A program made the translations under genes and the position numbers. The notes beneath the pieces were generated by a model. It did not search any database and was not told the origin of the DNA. It saw nothing but the letters and a program-made list of their open reading frames with translations. From Aureliella sp. (lineage in GTDB: Bacteria > Planctomycetota > Planctomycetia > Pirellulales > Pirellulaceae), in contig OY829846.1 in NCBI GenBank assembly GCA_963691875.1, positions 288,001-352,000 of the forward strand: 64,000 nt of DNA, in the 5' to 3' direction. This document shows positions 62,728 to 64,000 of the stretch, piece by piece; position 1 is the first letter of the stretch, and every line of letters begins with the position of its first letter.

Positions 62728-64000
62728 CGTGCGGTACAAACAAAGTGCGCACGCGAAAGTCAGCAGAAACCGGGGTCGGAGCTGGGTAGGATCATTTAAG
62801 AAGTGGTGCCGAAAGTCAATGGTTACCAGGCTGCTCTGGGCCAATGTCGAAATGGGCGCGCAACGGCAGCGCTGGATTCTGCTTCCCTGCCCTGTTTCAG
62901 TTGACTAAGCAGCGCGGCGATACGACTTGATCACGCCCCCAAGCCGTTCTCGGCAGACAACCTTTTCAAGCCGAATCGTCTCCCACTCAGGCACGGGTGA
63001 TTGAACGCACGGGGGCCGATGGTTTCGATGGGAGTGAGGCCTCGCTTCGTTATAGTGCTCGACAAATTCGCCAACCAGGTAGTCGAGATGATCTTGGCCG
63101 AAGGCAATGAAATGGTCGAGACATTCGGTCTTGATCGTTTGCACAAAACGTTCGACCCTGGCGTTGAGATTGGGTGAGCGAACCGGAAGCTTCTTGCACA
63201 TGACTCCCGCATTCTTCAAGGTCGATCGGAAGTCACCTGAGAACTTGGTGTCACGGTCGTGGATCAAGATCGTAGGGCGATGCTCACGATGTTCCGTCAG
63301 CTTGACGAAGGTCTCAGCCTGCTCGAGCACCCAAGCGTTGTTGGGCTTTCGAGTGCTCTTGGAGACCATGACCTCTCGGCTCTCAAGGTGCATGAATACC
63401 AGGACATAAAGGTCGACGATGCCCCGAGCCGTCACCGCACGCTTGGTAAAGAAATCACAAGCCCACAGTGTTTCAGCATGAGCTTTGAGATAATCATCCC
63501 AAGTCCCCTGCCGTCGCTTCGGGCTTGGCTCGATGGTCTCGTCCTTCAAAATGTTCTTAACCTTTTGTCGGCAGATCCGCGAGATGCCCAGACTGCGGAG
63601 TTCTCCGAGGATCTTGGTGTAGCCGAATCCGGTCTCCCGAGCGATCTTGAGCACGAGGTCACGAAGGACCTGGCTCTTGCCTCGAGGCTTGCTTACGGAG
63701 GGCTTGCCGCGTTTCGCTTCCCGTCGCCAGCGGTAGAAGGTGCCAGGGGTGACGATCGAGATCAGCTCTTCGATCGCAGCACCGAGCGGCAAACCAAACT
63801 TAAGAAGCCGGTCACGTTCTTCACGGCGAGTGTGAACTTGCCCAGGGATCCTCGCACGAAGGATCTGGTTCTCTTCCTTCAAATAACGGACTTGGCGACG
63901 GAGATGAGAGTCGGAAGCACTGGCGATCAGCGCCAGCAGCGGATGAAACAGCTTGGTCACGGGAGTTCGTTGGTGTAAGCTCTAAGTGGTTCAGTTATCG
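62728..64000 (-). mobile_element. IS-like element, copy 2 (runs off the window edge)
   Basis: Starts with the same 13-mer cgtgcggtacaaa. 63671-63995 is identical to 57036-57360 of copy 1. Confidence 0.65.
62905..63960 (-). CDS. Integrase core domain (IS481/IS3-like DDE) transposase
   Basis: Paralogue of 56267-57325 with the same DDE motifs, an identical N-terminus and a diverged C-terminal two-thirds. Confidence 0.9.
   Translation of the reverse strand: MTKLFHPLLALIASASDSHLRRQVRYLKEENQILRARIPGQVHTRREERDRLLKFGLPLGAAIEELISIVTPGTFYRWRREAKRGKPSVSKPRGKSQVLRDLVLKIARETGFGYTKILGELRSLGISRICRQKVKNILKDETIEPSPKRRQGTWDDYLKAHAETLWACDFFTKRAVTARGIVDLYVLVFMHLESREVMVSKSTRKPNNAWVLEQAETFVKLTEHREHRPTILIHDRDTKFSGDFRSTLKNAGVMCKKLPVRSPNLNARVERFVQTIKTECLDHFIAFGQDHLDYLVGEFVEHYNEARPHSHRNHRPPCVQSPVPEWETIRLEKVVCRERLGGVIKSYRRAA

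Noticed and set aside
55968..64000. Integrase-type genomic island with a duplicated tRNA 3' end (attL/attR)
   Set aside because: No tyrosine or serine recombinase and no repeat of the tRNA-Asn 3' end within the window. Either could lie beyond 64000.

Overview
Bacterial chromosomal segment, almost certainly Planctomycetota (Pirellulaceae-like), judged from the DUF1553/DUF1501 pair, DUF1571, a planctomycete-type PQQ-like propeller and an XrtU-like exosortase. About 55 kb is mostly core or lineage-typical genes: a 5'-truncated alpha-2-macroglobulin, fmt, proC, a GT2, leuS, a sigma-70 factor, comM/yifB, miaB, an hpf-EIIA-HPr-EI-TIGR03936-rne cluster, an epimerase, sucAB, a hybrid kinase, phoD, a Mn/Zn/Fe ABC operon whose permease is fused to a DtxR domain, metK and an ECF sigma. 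Several decayed genes absent from the ORF track are interspersed (DUF4350-like, DUF6940-like, malic enzyme, a lipase split at a C7 tract, one further remnant). The right end holds tRNA-Asn(GTT) followed by two direct-orientation copies of an integrase-core (DDE) element flanking a DUF1553+DUF1501 cargo. The most interesting unexplained signals are hand-folded structured non-coding regions: about 180 nt upstream of hpf, about 275 nt between ptsH and ptsI, one after a sigma-54-like promoter before the ECF sigma, about 90 nt before tRNA-Asn, and the variable folded 3' ends of the two mobile elements. All family assignments come from motif recognition and all RNA structures from manual base-pairing. 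No database search or folding program was run.
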